The notes: generated from the sequence alone by a model not told the origin. Positions 27,447-39,484 are shown, counted from the first letter of the stretch. The stretch: 64,000 nucleotides of DNA from an uncultured Holophagae bacterium (GCA_963710645.1 CAVQBD010000009.1:1679338-1743337), one strand, 5' to 3'. Numbers and translations are program-made.

Positions 27447-29602
27447 GGCGGGCTCCCGCGGGAGACTTGGTCCCACCCTGCTGGGCCGTACGCTGGGCCC
27501 TTCTAACGGCGAGTCTCCTGACCCTGGCTGCGTGTGGCCCGGCGGCCGTCCGGCCGCTGAATGTCTACCTGGTGACTCTGGACACCACCAGGGCGGACCA
27601 TCTGGGGTGTTACGGCTACCGGGACATCGAGACCCCGATTATGGATCGTCTCGCGGCCGAAGGCGTGTTGTACGAGAAGGCGCTGGCTCCGGCGCCCATT
27701 ACCTTGCCGGCACATGCCTCGATTCTCACCGGCACCTATCCCATTTTTCACGGAGTGCGCGACAACAACGGGTTCTACGTGGCCGACGAGTCGATCACTC
27801 TCGCCGAAGTTCTCGGCGAGAACGGCTACGAAACCGCAGCCTTCGTGGGTTCCTTCCCCTTGGATTCCCAGACCAACATCAATCAGGGCTTCGACCTCTA
27901 CGACGACAACTACCCGTCGGCCGCGGAGCGGGGTCGCCACCCCGCCATGGGGCGTTTTTATGACGAAAGGCCGGCCTCGGAGGTGGGCCGCGTGGCCATG
28001 GGGTGGCTCAAGGAACGCGATCCCGAGCGGCCGTTCTTCATGTGGAATCACTTCTGGGATCCCCACCAGCCCCAGTCACCGCCGGAGCCCTATCGATCAC
28101 GCTATCGCGATCGCCTCTACGACGGTGAGATCGCTTTCGTGGATGAGGTTTTGGGCCAGGTGCTCGGTCTTCTCGAGCAGCTGGGCGAGCTCGACAACAC
28201 GCTGATCGTGCTCACCGCGGATCACGGCGAGGGGCTCGGCGAACACGGCGAAATGACCCACGCGCTGCTGACCCACTCGGCCACGGTTCGCATTCCGCTG
28301 ATCGTACGGGATCCTCGGAACCTGACGCCCCGACGGATCGACACACCCGTGTCCACGGTGGACATCCTGCCCACCATCCTGCATCGGTTGGGGATCGATC
28401 CTCCCAGTGCGTGCCAGGGCCACCCCCTGCCCGCGACGCGAGACGAAGGGTCTGACCACAAGCTGATCTTCTCCGAGTCCGCCTACGGCACCGTCAACTA
28501 TGGCTGGAGTCTGGTGGAGCGGCTCACCGTCGGGGACTGGGTCTTCATGGGCGCGCCCACCCCGAGGCTCTACAACCACACCGAGGATCCAACTGAAGAT
28601 GTGGACCTGGCGGACGCGGAGACGCACAGGGCAGCGGAGCTGGCGGCACTCTTGGATGAACGACGCGAGGAACTCGCCGTTAATGCGCTCGACACCAAGC
28701 GAGAAATCGTGGCTCCCGAGGTGTCGGCGCGGCTGGCCGCCCTCGGTTACATGGGAACGGCAGACTCCATGGTCGATCCGCGGTCCCTCCGCGTCGATCC
28801 CGAGCTCGCCGATCCTTGGGACATGATGGAGGTTGCAGATCTCATGAACGAGGCCAACAACCTTTTGGACGCCAAACAGGTTCCCGTCGCCATCGCGCTC
28901 TACAAGCGTGCCCGTGAGCAGGACCCCGGCAATGCGGAACTGCCGCGTCGGCTGGTGATTGCCTACCTCCAAACCGGTGACTTCGACAGTGCCAAGGAAG
29001 AACTCGACAAACTGCTGGTGATGGCTCCCGACAGTGTGGGTACCCAGGTGGCGTTGTCCGATTACTATCGCCGCTCTGGCCAGAGCCAATTTGCCGTGGA
29101 ACCCCTGAAGCGTGCCATCGAGCTCGATCCCAATAATCTGGCCACCTACCAGGTTCTGGCCTGGCTCCAGGATCAGCTCGGTCAGTCCGAAGCTGCCATC
29201 GGCACCTACCGTGAGATTCTCGAACGGTCGCAGGAGGACACCTCCGCGCTCAACGCTCTGGCGGTGAACCTCTACCGCGCAGGCGAGGTGGAGGAGCCCA
29301 TTGCCCTGCTGGAGCGGGCCCTCGATTCGCAGCCCTTTTATCCGCCCGGCTACCTCAATCTGGCGGTGATCGAGCACGATCGAGGCGAACACGAGGCGTC
29401 GCTTCGTCTGGCCGAACGAGCCTTGAAGCTGAGACCGAGATATCTCCGGGCCCTCGAGCTCAAGGCCATGAATCTTGAGGCCCTGGAAGACGCGTCGGCA
29501 GCGGCGGCCTGGCGCCAGGTCTTTGATGAGGCGAGGGACGACGAAACCAGGGATCGATCCACGGCCGCCCTCGAGCGTCTCGGCGAAACGCCACCTGCTT
29601 GA
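27443..29602 (+). CDS. Lipoprotein, sulfatase-like domain fused to C-terminal TPR repeats (paralog 3)
   Basis: GTG start with GAGGAG upstream. Lipobox LTLAAC. LVTLDTTRADHLGCYGY, TLPAHASILTG (27701..27715) and ADHGEGLGEHGE blocks. About 250 aa of C-terminal TPR. Confidence 0.85.
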   Translation: MRRAPAGDLVPPCWAVRWALLTASLLTLAACGPAAVRPLNVYLVTLDTTRADHLGCYGYRDIETPIMDRLAAEGVLYEKALAPAPITLPAHASILTGTYPIFHGVRDNNGFYVADESITLAEVLGENGYETAAFVGSFPLDSQTNINQGFDLYDDNYPSAAERGRHPAMGRFYDERPASEVGRVAMGWLKERDPERPFFMWNHFWDPHQPQSPPEPYRSRYRDRLYDGEIAFVDEVLGQVLGLLEQLGELDNTLIVLTADHGEGLGEHGEMTHALLTHSATVRIPLIVRDPRNLTPRRIDTPVSTVDILPTILHRLGIDPPSACQGHPLPATRDEGSDHKLIFSESAYGTVNYGWSLVERLTVGDWVFMGAPTPRLYNHTEDPTEDVDLADAETHRAAELAALLDERREELAVNALDTKREIVAPEVSARLAALGYMGTADSMVDPRSLRVDPELADPWDMMEVADLMNEANNLLDAKQVPVAIALYKRAREQDPGNAELPRRLVIAYLQTGDFDSAKEELDKLLVMAPDSVGTQVALSDYYRRSGQSQFAVEPLKRAIELDPNNLATYQVLAWLQDQLGQSEAAIGTYREILERSQEDTSALNALAVNLYRAGEVEEPIALLERALDSQPFYPPGYLNLAVIEHDRGEHEASLRLAERALKLRPRYLRALELKAMNLEALEDASAAAAWRQVFDEARDDETRDRSTAALERLGETPPA

Positions 29603-29733
29603 GGCTTTGGCCATTCAGCGGACGATGGCAGAGCCGACTCTCTGGGTATGTACCTCATGAAGTACCTGGTACCCGGCTGGGTCAGATCAAGGTTCTCTCT
29701 CTCCGAGCTACCGAAGACGCGACCGGGTCGGTG

Positions 29734-31986
<2,253 letters not shown>

Positions 31987-32232
31987 TCACTTGTCGCAAC
32001 GCGCTTGGCAGTTTAGCCGGTCCGACCCTGGCTGTCAGCACCCGTATGCCGGTTTCCGGTTGTGTCGCGGGACCGGAGTCATGCCGTGAAAAACCGGGCA
32101 AGAACAGGTGGCCTGATTGTCGCCTATTTGCTGGACGAATCCGACCTTCAGTGCCTCGATGACAGGCCGAGCATCCGACGACGAAGCTCCTGAAGGCACC
32201 TTCCGCATTAGATCCTCGGTGAGTAGTGCGGG

Positions 32233-33201
32233 CTAGCCCCCGGCGTTCTTCTCGAGCTCGTCGAGCTTGTCGGGATCCGACACCACCACGTCCACGAGGC
32301 TGTTGGGGATTTTGCTCTGCTCGCACATCTGTCGGATCTCGGTCTCTTGGTCTGAAAACTCCATGATCTCTCGAATCGCCTCGATGTATTCGAGCAGCTC
32401 ATCGGGAGGGATGGCGTCCAGCGCGGGTCCCTCTGCCGCCGCCTTCTTGGCCGCGGCCGCCTCTTCGGCCAGTCGCTGTTTCTCCTTCAGCTCCTCTGTC
32501 ATCGCGATCCTGGCGGCGTCGATCACTGCCTTGTCGATTCCTGCCAGCTCGACGATGTTCTCGTCGGTGACGTCGTTTGTGATGAGGTGCTTGGCCTTGG
32601 CTTCGGCACTCTGATCGGCGACGTCCGCGAGCAGGTGCTCCACCCTGGCGGCCTCCGCGAGCTCGGCCTCGATTGCGGCCGTGACCTCGCCGTACTTCGC
32701 CTCGGTAATGCTCAGAGCGCCGATGATCGTCTCACGCTGTACCTGTTCCGCGATGAGAAAACGGATGCCCAGGTCATCGGCCATGTCCTTGGCATTGGCG
32801 ATGAGCAGGTCGAGCCTTTTTCCCTCCAACATCTCCAGGATGTGGGTCCTGCGGTCCATCTCCTTGATCTTCGGCCACGACTCCCCCACATTTCGCACCA
32901 GATCGACGGCCGCCGACCTGACATTCATGAGATCGTCCAGCGTGAGCGCTGAAACCGCTTCGTTGAACTCCGTCAGGAGCGGTCTCCCGACCTCGGCCCT
33001 CGCAGCGATGGCCCCCCTCAACTGGAGCATGTGGCCGCCGTGGCGGGAGACGTTGTAACCCGCCTCGTCCAGCTCGGTCGCCAGTCGCTGGATGGTGCGT
33101 TCCGTGTTGCCGCCTTCGAAATCCGAGGAGGACAGTCCAACAATCTTCTCCTCCATGGACAGCCAAAGAGGTTCCGAACCCGTTGCTCCGTTTTCAGTCA
33201 T
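32233..33201 (-). CDS. Hypothetical acidic, helical cytoplasmic protein
   Basis: 322 aa from ATG 33201. The track ORF extends 66 codons further. Glu/Asp/Ala-rich with no TM. No family recognised. Divergent from the ppk2 pair. Confidence 0.6.
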   Translation of the reverse strand: MTENGATGSEPLWLSMEEKIVGLSSSDFEGGNTERTIQRLATELDEAGYNVSRHGGHMLQLRGAIAARAEVGRPLLTEFNEAVSALTLDDLMNVRSAAVDLVRNVGESWPKIKEMDRRTHILEMLEGKRLDLLIANAKDMADDLGIRFLIAEQVQRETIIGALSITEAKYGEVTAAIEAELAEAARVEHLLADVADQSAEAKAKHLITNDVTDENIVELAGIDKAVIDAARIAMTEELKEKQRLAEEAAAAKKAAAEGPALDAIPPDELLEYIEAIREIMEFSDQETEIRQMCEQSKIPNSLVDVVVSDPDKLDELEKNAGG

Positions 33202-33361
33202 TTTCTTACCCCCGTTACGGTGTGTTTTCATTAGGCGTAAACGCCGGCAATGCCTGGCTGGAGAGATTATCAGACGCGGCCGAGGGGCGCTGAAACAGCG
33301 TCTCGTGAAGGTTGCCGTGAATTGCCGAAATGTCGGGCGCTGCAAAACCTCGATAATTGCT

Positions 33362-33389
33362 GCGGTCTGGGTCCGGGAACCCAGACCGC
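33362..33389. other. Perfect 11-bp-stem hairpin in a divergent intergenic region
   Basis: GCGGTCTGGGT ccggga ACCCAGACCGC, about 110 nt upstream of the GTG start of the first ppk2. No gene ends here, so it is not an obvious terminator. Confidence 0.6.
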
Positions 33390-33500
33390 TCCCCCCCACA
33401 TCGCTGGAATGGGTTGTGGTGGGAGGCTGCCCACGCCAGGCGCTTATTCTCCTATACTAAAAGACCGGGCCGTGAAGGTGTACGGGAAGGTGAGGCCATC

Positions 33501-34472
33501 GTGACCAGCTCCAAGAAAGATCCAGCCAAGGTGACCTCGGCGGTGTCGGGGGGAGCCACCTCCAGGATTCGCACAGTATTGGAGAGGTTCGAGCCCGTTG
33601 GCGATGACCTGACGATCATCGATCAGGTATCGGCCGTGCACGGGGCCATGAAAAAGAAGGACCGTAGAGAGTTGATCAATGCGGCTCTTACCAAGTACTT
33701 GCAGGCTGAAATTCTCAAGCCCTATCAGGCTGAGTTGATCAAACTTCAGCAGCACCTCGAGCGCACCAACAAAAAGGCGATCATCCTCTTTGATGGACGG
33801 GACGCATCGGGCAAGGGCGGCACCATCCGACGTGTGGTGCGCTACATGAACGAGAAGCACTACCGCGTCATCGCGCTTGGCAAACCGACGGTTCAACAGC
33901 GGACCGAACTTCACATGAAGCGGTACATCGAGAACTTCCCGCACGCTGGAGAAATCGTCCTTTTCGATCGGAGTTGGTACAACCGGGCCCTGGTTGAACC
34001 GGTCATGGGTTTCTGCACCAAGGCCCAGTACAGAGGTTTCATGGACAAGGTCGTTGGTTACGAGGAACGGATCATTGCCGACCAGAAGACCGTACTCATC
34101 AAGCTCTACTTCTCGGTCTCCAAAAGGGAGCAGGCGCGCCGATTCGAGAAACGCAGGAACGATCCGCTGAGACATTGGAAGTTGAGCGAGGTCGATCTTC
34201 AAGCCCAGGACCTGTGGGATGACTTCACAAAGATGAAATACCGGTTGCTCAAGAAGACCCACACACCGGAGACACCGTGGTTCGTGATCCGCTCCGACGA
34301 CAAGGCCCTCGCACGGCTCGAGACCATCAAGCTGGTCCTGAGTCAGATCAAGTACTCAGGGCGAAGCCGGACCCTCGATTTCTCGCCGAACCCGGACATC
34401 GTCATCGCGGGCGACAGGGAACTCAAGATCATGCAGAAACAAAAACGGAAGATCGGCAAGTTCGTTCGATGA
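33501..34472 (+). CDS. ppk2: Polyphosphate kinase 2 (single-domain PPK2)
   Basis: Walker A FDGRDASGKGGTIRR, plus FDRSWYNRALVEPVMGFC and YFSVSKREQARRF..PLRHWKLSEVD. GTG 33501 is preceded by GGGAAGGTGAGG. Confidence 0.88.
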   Translation: MTSSKKDPAKVTSAVSGGATSRIRTVLERFEPVGDDLTIIDQVSAVHGAMKKKDRRELINAALTKYLQAEILKPYQAELIKLQQHLERTNKKAIILFDGRDASGKGGTIRRVVRYMNEKHYRVIALGKPTVQQRTELHMKRYIENFPHAGEIVLFDRSWYNRALVEPVMGFCTKAQYRGFMDKVVGYEERIIADQKTVLIKLYFSVSKREQARRFEKRRNDPLRHWKLSEVDLQAQDLWDDFTKMKYRLLKKTHTPETPWFVIRSDDKALARLETIKLVLSQIKYSGRSRTLDFSPNPDIVIAGDRELKIMQKQKRKIGKFVR

Positions 34473-34511
34473 CAGTGTATTGAACAGTCGATTGGCCGCA
34501 GCGAGGAAAAA

Positions 34512-35441
34512 ATGAAGAAACCACCGAAGAAGAACGAAAATTTGAATGAGCCGGAGGTTGAATCCTCGCCCCAATCAGGACAGGTCAAGCTCCGGGAGCA
34601 CACGGCATTCAAGTCCCATGACAACGGAAAGAAGAACGGGATCCCGGTGTGGGTCAAGAAATCCACCCTCAAATACGAGGAGCAGCTTCACGACCTCCAG
34701 ATCGAGCTCATGAAGATGCAGTCCAAGGTCCGGGCGGATGGTATGCGTGTCGTGCTGCTCTTCGAGGGACGGGACGCGGCCGGAAAAGGGGGGACCATCA
34801 AACGGTTCACCGAGCACATGAACCCCCGCGGAGCCCGAGTGGTCGCCCTGGAGAAACCGAGCGACAAGGAACGGACCCAGTGGTACTTCCAGCGTTACGT
34901 GGCGCACCTGCCGGCGGCGGGCGAGATCGTCTTCTTCGACCGCTCCTGGTACAACCGCGCCATGGTCGAGCCGGTGATGGGATTCTGCACCGACGAGGAA
35001 AACAAGCGTTTTCTCAAGGACGTGCCCTTGTTCGAGCAGATGCTGGTCAAGGACGGTGTCAAGCTCTTCAAGTTCTACTTCTCGGTGTCCAAAAAGGAAC
35101 AGCTCCGTCGGTTCAAGTCACGGCACGGCGACATGCTCAAGCACTACAAGATCTCGCCCGTGGACGAGCAGGCCCAGGCCCTCTGGGACCAATACACGGT
35201 GAAGAAGTTCCAGATGCTGTCGGAAACCAATCGCACCATCGCGCCTTGGACGATCGTTCGCTCCGACACCAAGAAATTGGCGCGCATCAACTGCATCAAG
35301 TACGTCCTGTCGCAGATCGATTACACCGACAAGGGTCCCGCCGATTTGTTCGAGACCAGCCCCGACATCATCGTCTCCGGCATCGACGAGCTCAAGATGA
35401 TGGAGGACAACCTGATGAAGCCCAAGTCGTTGCCGGGCTGA
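34512..35441 (+). CDS. ppk2: Polyphosphate kinase 2 (second tandem paralog)
   Basis: FEGRDAAGKGGTIKR, FDRSWYNRAMVEPVMGFC and YFSVSKKEQLRRF..LKHYKISPVD. SD GAGGAAAAA. Lys-rich, low-GC N-terminal 40 codons. Confidence 0.9.
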   Translation: MKKPPKKNENLNEPEVESSPQSGQVKLREHTAFKSHDNGKKNGIPVWVKKSTLKYEEQLHDLQIELMKMQSKVRADGMRVVLLFEGRDAAGKGGTIKRFTEHMNPRGARVVALEKPSDKERTQWYFQRYVAHLPAAGEIVFFDRSWYNRAMVEPVMGFCTDEENKRFLKDVPLFEQMLVKDGVKLFKFYFSVSKKEQLRRFKSRHGDMLKHYKISPVDEQAQALWDQYTVKKFQMLSETNRTIAPWTIVRSDTKKLARINCIKYVLSQIDYTDKGPADLFETSPDIIVSGIDELKMMEDNLMKPKSLPG

Positions 35442-35608
35442 GCCGCTCGAGCCGATTGAACAGGGACCGACGTCCGGGCGTAATTTGGGATGATGGACAC
35501 CACCTCTCCCTTCAGACCGTTCAAGAAGTTCTCGAGCGTTTCCTGACCCGACTCCATGTTGATTTCGAGGCGATGGACTTTGACATTTATTGCGCGTACC
35601 CCAATCTG

Positions 35609-36535
35609 TCAATCCGGAATGTGTCGCCCCGATGCTCGCCGAGGCGCGGGGCTCAAGCCTTCGATTTCAAGGATCCAGATTTCGCTGTTGCCGGTGCGAT
35701 CTGAAGCGAAGGCGATGTGTTCACCGTCAGGGGACCAGCAGGGGTAGAGGTCGTCGGCCGGGTCATCGGTCAGTTGGACGGCTGCTCCACCTTCGGCGGG
35801 GGCCACCCACAGATCCCAGTTGCCGCTGCGCTGCGACATGAAGGCGATCCACTGTCCGTCCGGAGACCATGAAGGGCCGGCGTCGAACGCCGGATGATCC
35901 GCGATCTGCCGTGCATCGCCTCCGTCGGACCCAATCACCCACAGATTCCTTTCTCCATCCCGGTTGGAGCCGAAGGCGATCCACCGCCCATCTGGGGAGC
36001 CGTCTGGACCCGCATCCTCTGCGGGGTTCGTGGTCACTGGCGTTGCCGTGCCGCCGGACGACGGAATGGTCCAGATGTCCCAGTTGCCGCTGCGGTTGGA
36101 GTCGAAGGCGATCCGGGTTCCTCCGTGCGACCAGCCGAGGCTTTCGTCTCGATACTGACTGGAGGTGATCTGGGTCGGCTCGCCGCCAGTGGCCGGGACG
36201 GTCCAGATGTCCTGGTTCCCGCTCCTTTCCGACGCGAACGCGATGGTGGTGCCGTCAGGCGACCAGCAGGGGTGCATGTCCGGGCTCGAACCCCAGGTGA
36301 TCTGGGTGGGTTCACCACCGCTGGCAGACATGATCCACAGATGATCTCGCCCGTCTCGGTCCGAGGTGAAAACCAGGCGGGAACCGTCGGGTGACCAGCA
36401 GGGATCCCAGTCGCGGGCAGCGTGGAAGGTGATCTGGGTCAAGAGCTCGGCGCTGGCCGCTTGGCCCGGCGACCCCACGGAAGAGACGATGCTCAGCCCG
36501 ACGAGAGCCATCCATCGCAAGGGGTTGTGTCTCAT
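35609..36535 (-). CDS. Secreted TolB-like PD40 beta-propeller repeat protein
   Basis: 308 aa. SD GGAGGGGGGAG. Signal peptide MRHNPLRWMALVGLSIVSSVGSPGQAASA. Six to seven repeats of the form SPDG..IAF.S.R.G..DIW. Confidence 0.85.
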   Translation of the reverse strand: MRHNPLRWMALVGLSIVSSVGSPGQAASAELLTQITFHAARDWDPCWSPDGSRLVFTSDRDGRDHLWIMSASGGEPTQITWGSSPDMHPCWSPDGTTIAFASERSGNQDIWTVPATGGEPTQITSSQYRDESLGWSHGGTRIAFDSNRSGNWDIWTIPSSGGTATPVTTNPAEDAGPDGSPDGRWIAFGSNRDGERNLWVIGSDGGDARQIADHPAFDAGPSWSPDGQWIAFMSQRSGNWDLWVAPAEGGAAVQLTDDPADDLYPCWSPDGEHIAFASDRTGNSEIWILEIEGLSPAPRRASGRHIPD

Positions 36536-36634
36536 GCTCCCCCCTCCGCACGGCGCGTGGTCATTGCTGAATCCTCGATGTTGATACGATCGGGACGCGC
36601 AGGTGTTGCCGAATACGGAAAAGTCCCAGACACA

Positions 36635-36652
36635 CGCCGTACCCCTACGGCG
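36635..36652 (-). terminator. Possible terminator hairpin after the ALDH-ADH fusion gene
   Basis: CGCCGTA cccc TACGGCG, immediately downstream of the stop at 36658. The following minus-strand sequence is only moderately T-rich (GGGACTTTTCCGTATTCGG). Confidence 0.4.
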
Positions 36653-36657
36653 GATCG

Positions 36658-39321
36658 CTACATCGCCTGCAGATAAATCTCGACCACCGCCGACGGGGAT
36701 CGCACCGAGCGCGGGTTGGTCATGGTCGCCAGGTCCTCCACCGCCAAGTGTGCACAGGCCTCCAAGTCCGATTCCGGGACATCCAACGTCCTCAGCTCGG
36801 TGGGGTGCCCGATCCGTTCCAGGAGCCGGGTCACCACGTTCGCAGCATTGAGGGCCATGGCACCCTCGTCGCGCCCATCACGCTCGCAACCCAGTGCTTC
36901 GGCAACCCGTACGAGTTGCGGCGTCGCGGCGGGCTGGTTGAAGCGCATGACGTGGGGCAGCAGAATGCCGTTGCCGATCCCGTGCGGCACGCCGTGGCGG
37001 ACTCCGAGCGCATGGCTCATGCCGTGCACCAGCCCCACCTGTGCCGTGGAGAATGCCCATCCAGCCATGGTCGAAGCCTGTTGCAGCAGCACTCTGACTT
37101 CGAGATCGCCGGGGTCGTCGATCGCCAGCGGCAGGTTGGTCGCGATGATACGGATCGCCTGCAGGGCGAGCCCGTCGCTGATGGGGTTCGCCTGGCGAGA
37201 AACCACGGCTTCGATTGCGTGGGTGAGCGCGTCCATGCCGGTTGAGGCGGTCAACAGAGGCGGCAGACCGGTGGTGAGTTGCGGATCGAGGATCGCCACC
37301 GGCGGGATGATGCGGTCGTCCACGATGTAGACCTTGCGGCCACGGCCGGCGTCACGGATCACCGCGCAGTTGGTCACCTCGCTGCCGGTGCCGGCGGTGG
37401 TGGGGATCGCCAGCAGGGGAAACGGGTTCGTGCTCAGGAGCCGGATGCCGATGGCGTCGATGGCTTTTGCCCCCACGCCCTCGGAGAGCACCACGGCCGC
37501 GGCCTTCGCAGTGTCCAGCACGCTGCCCCCGCCGAGCGCGACGATGCAGTCGGCCCCGACAGCCCGGCCGTGTTCCGCGCACGCGTCGATGATTTCCAGC
37601 CCGGAGTCCTGGGGCACGTCGAGGAACTCACCGGCGAGCAGCGAGCCCAACGCTCCCCGTACGATGTCAGTCAATCCGGCCTGGTTGACTCCCGCGTCGC
37701 TGATGAGCAGCGCTCGCCGGCAGCCCAGCCGTTGATCGACGAGAACTCCCGCCATCGCGGCCCGCCCTGCGCCGATTTCGAGATGGGTTGGACCGGACCA
37801 GGCGAAGGAGGTCGTGCGCGGGTATTTGAGAAGCAGGCGGTTGCCCGGTCGGTGGATGGGGTGTCCTTCCGCTCCCAGGTGAACGTGCTTGATCTCGGTG
37901 AACTCCGCCAGCCCGTAGTGCCCCAGCTCGCGACCGGTCCCACTTTGCTTGTAGCCGCCAAAGGGCGCCAGGTCGCTGAAAACGTGATAGTCGTTGATCC
38001 ACAGCGTCCCGGTGCGCACCTGCTCGGCGACGCGCTGCGCCCTTTCGAGATCACGGGACCAGATTCCGCCGGCCAGGCCATAGGTGGATGCGTTGGCGAT
38101 GGCGATGACCTCGTCCTCGTCGTGGTAGCGCACCACGCTGAGCACGGGGCCGAAGATCTCCTCCTGCGCGATCCGCATGGAGTTGTCCACGTCACCAAAG
38201 ATCGTGGGTGAATAATAGAAACCGTTCTCGAATCCCTCGATCTCGACCCGTTCGCCGCCGGTGACCACGGTCGCCCCTTCGTCGCGACCGATGGCCACGT
38301 ACTCCTCCACGGTTTGACGTTGTTTGGCGGACACAAGCGGGCCCATCTTCGTCGCTGGGTCGAGCTGGTATCCCACCCGCATGCCCTCCACACGGCGTCT
38401 GAGCGCGTCCATGATCTCGTCGTACCGAGAGTCGGGGAGCAGCAGCCGGGTGCCGGAGGTGCAGACCTGGCCCGAGTGCAGAAATGCCGCGAGGATCGCT
38501 CCGTCCACCGCCGAGTCGAGATCGGCGTCATCCAGCACGATGTTCGCGCTCTTTCCCCCGAGCTCGAGGGTGGTTTTCTTGATCGTGCCGGCGGCCATGG
38601 TCATGATGCGGCGGCCAACCTCGGTGGATCCGGTGAAGGCGATCTTTGCCACCCGGTCGTCGGCCACCAGCGCCTCGCCGAGTTCTGAGCCTGAGCCGGT
38701 GACGATGTTGATCACGCCGGGCGGGACGTTGCTTTCCACGATGATCTTCGCCAGGGCCAGGGTCGCAACCGGCGTATCCGATGCCGGTTTGAGGACCACT
38801 GTGTTGCCCATCAGCGCCGCCATGGTGATCTTCCAGATTGCCATCAACAAGGGGAAGTTCCACGGCACGATGGCGACGCACACTCCCATGGGTTCGCGAC
38901 GCACCAGATGACGGGCGCGGATGAAGGGGTCACCCGCTTCACCGATCTCCTCGACCCACGGGAAATTCCGCATGGCGTAACGGGCCAGGTTTCGCATCAG
39001 CCGAGCGCCGAGAAAAACATCGCCCCCGGTGCGCTTGAGAGTTCCGCCGCTGTCCCGCGCCTCGAGCACGGCCAGGTCGCGCAGGTTATCGGTCATCCGA
39101 TCGGCGAGGTCCATCATGACCCGCGCCCGCTCCTCGACGGGTATGCGGCTCCAGGTCTCAAACGCGCGGTGGGCCGCCGCGACGGCATCGGCCCCATCCT
39201 CCGCTCCGCCGGCGGGCACCTCCGCCACCGGCCGCCCCGCGCCCGGATCCATGGACTGGGTGGTCGCGCCACTGCGCGCTTCGACGAGCTCGCCGCCGAT
39301 CAACATCCGAAAGGACTGCAT
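36658..39321 (-). CDS. Fusion of an NAD(P)-dependent aldehyde dehydrogenase (N-terminal) and an iron-containing alcohol dehydrogenase (C-terminal)
   Basis: 887 aa from ATG 39321 (SD GGGAG). ALDH active-site blocks LELGGKSA and FLHSGQVCTSGT, plus FTGSTEVG. Fe-ADH blocks GGGSVLDTAKA and HGMSHALGVRHGVPHGIGN. Confidence 0.85.
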   Translation of the reverse strand: MQSFRMLIGGELVEARSGATTQSMDPGAGRPVAEVPAGGAEDGADAVAAAHRAFETWSRIPVEERARVMMDLADRMTDNLRDLAVLEARDSGGTLKRTGGDVFLGARLMRNLARYAMRNFPWVEEIGEAGDPFIRARHLVRREPMGVCVAIVPWNFPLLMAIWKITMAALMGNTVVLKPASDTPVATLALAKIIVESNVPPGVINIVTGSGSELGEALVADDRVAKIAFTGSTEVGRRIMTMAAGTIKKTTLELGGKSANIVLDDADLDSAVDGAILAAFLHSGQVCTSGTRLLLPDSRYDEIMDALRRRVEGMRVGYQLDPATKMGPLVSAKQRQTVEEYVAIGRDEGATVVTGGERVEIEGFENGFYYSPTIFGDVDNSMRIAQEEIFGPVLSVVRYHDEDEVIAIANASTYGLAGGIWSRDLERAQRVAEQVRTGTLWINDYHVFSDLAPFGGYKQSGTGRELGHYGLAEFTEIKHVHLGAEGHPIHRPGNRLLLKYPRTTSFAWSGPTHLEIGAGRAAMAGVLVDQRLGCRRALLISDAGVNQAGLTDIVRGALGSLLAGEFLDVPQDSGLEIIDACAEHGRAVGADCIVALGGGSVLDTAKAAAVVLSEGVGAKAIDAIGIRLLSTNPFPLLAIPTTAGTGSEVTNCAVIRDAGRGRKVYIVDDRIIPPVAILDPQLTTGLPPLLTASTGMDALTHAIEAVVSRQANPISDGLALQAIRIIATNLPLAIDDPGDLEVRVLLQQASTMAGWAFSTAQVGLVHGMSHALGVRHGVPHGIGNGILLPHVMRFNQPAATPQLVRVAEALGCERDGRDEGAMALNAANVVTRLLERIGHPTELRTLDVPESDLEACAHLAVEDLATMTNPRSVRSPSAVVEIYLQAM

Positions 39322-39484
39322 ATGGTTTCTCCCACAAGGTGCCTGCGCAGTGTAGGCAGGGGCGTGGGACGCGGTCAATCGAAGATGGAGCCGGGTGGAA
39401 TATTCGGCCGGCTCAGGTTGATCAACAGAGAGTCCGACCGAGGCGCGCTCGACGGGTGACTCACGGTCGGTGAGGAGGAACGAA

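Noticed and set aside
4598-29602. An FGE-domain protein plus three sulfatases as a sulfatase-maturation system.
   Set aside because: All three sulfatase-like proteins have T-x-P-x-H, not the C/S-x-P-x-R motif needed for formylglycine formation, so the functional link is unsupported within this window.
28097-29614. Very long ORFs antisense to annotated genes. Examples: 28097..29614 (505 aa), 30433..32016 (527 aa), 41635..43218 (527 aa), 12451..13515, 44769..45965, 19381..20238, 8215..9144, 21598..22536 and 995..1759.
   Set aside because: They lie opposite genes with clear family signatures. Their translations are Arg/Gly/Pro/His-rich low-complexity text with no motifs. High-GC genomes routinely keep such shadow frames open. 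None has a convincing SD/start.
36658-39321. Annotating the ALDH-FeADH fusion as AdhE (bifunctional acetaldehyde-CoA/alcohol dehydrogenase).
   Set aside because: The ALDH half carries the classical non-acylating Glu/Cys signatures rather than the AdhE-type acylating domain pattern, so the AdhE label would probably be wrong.
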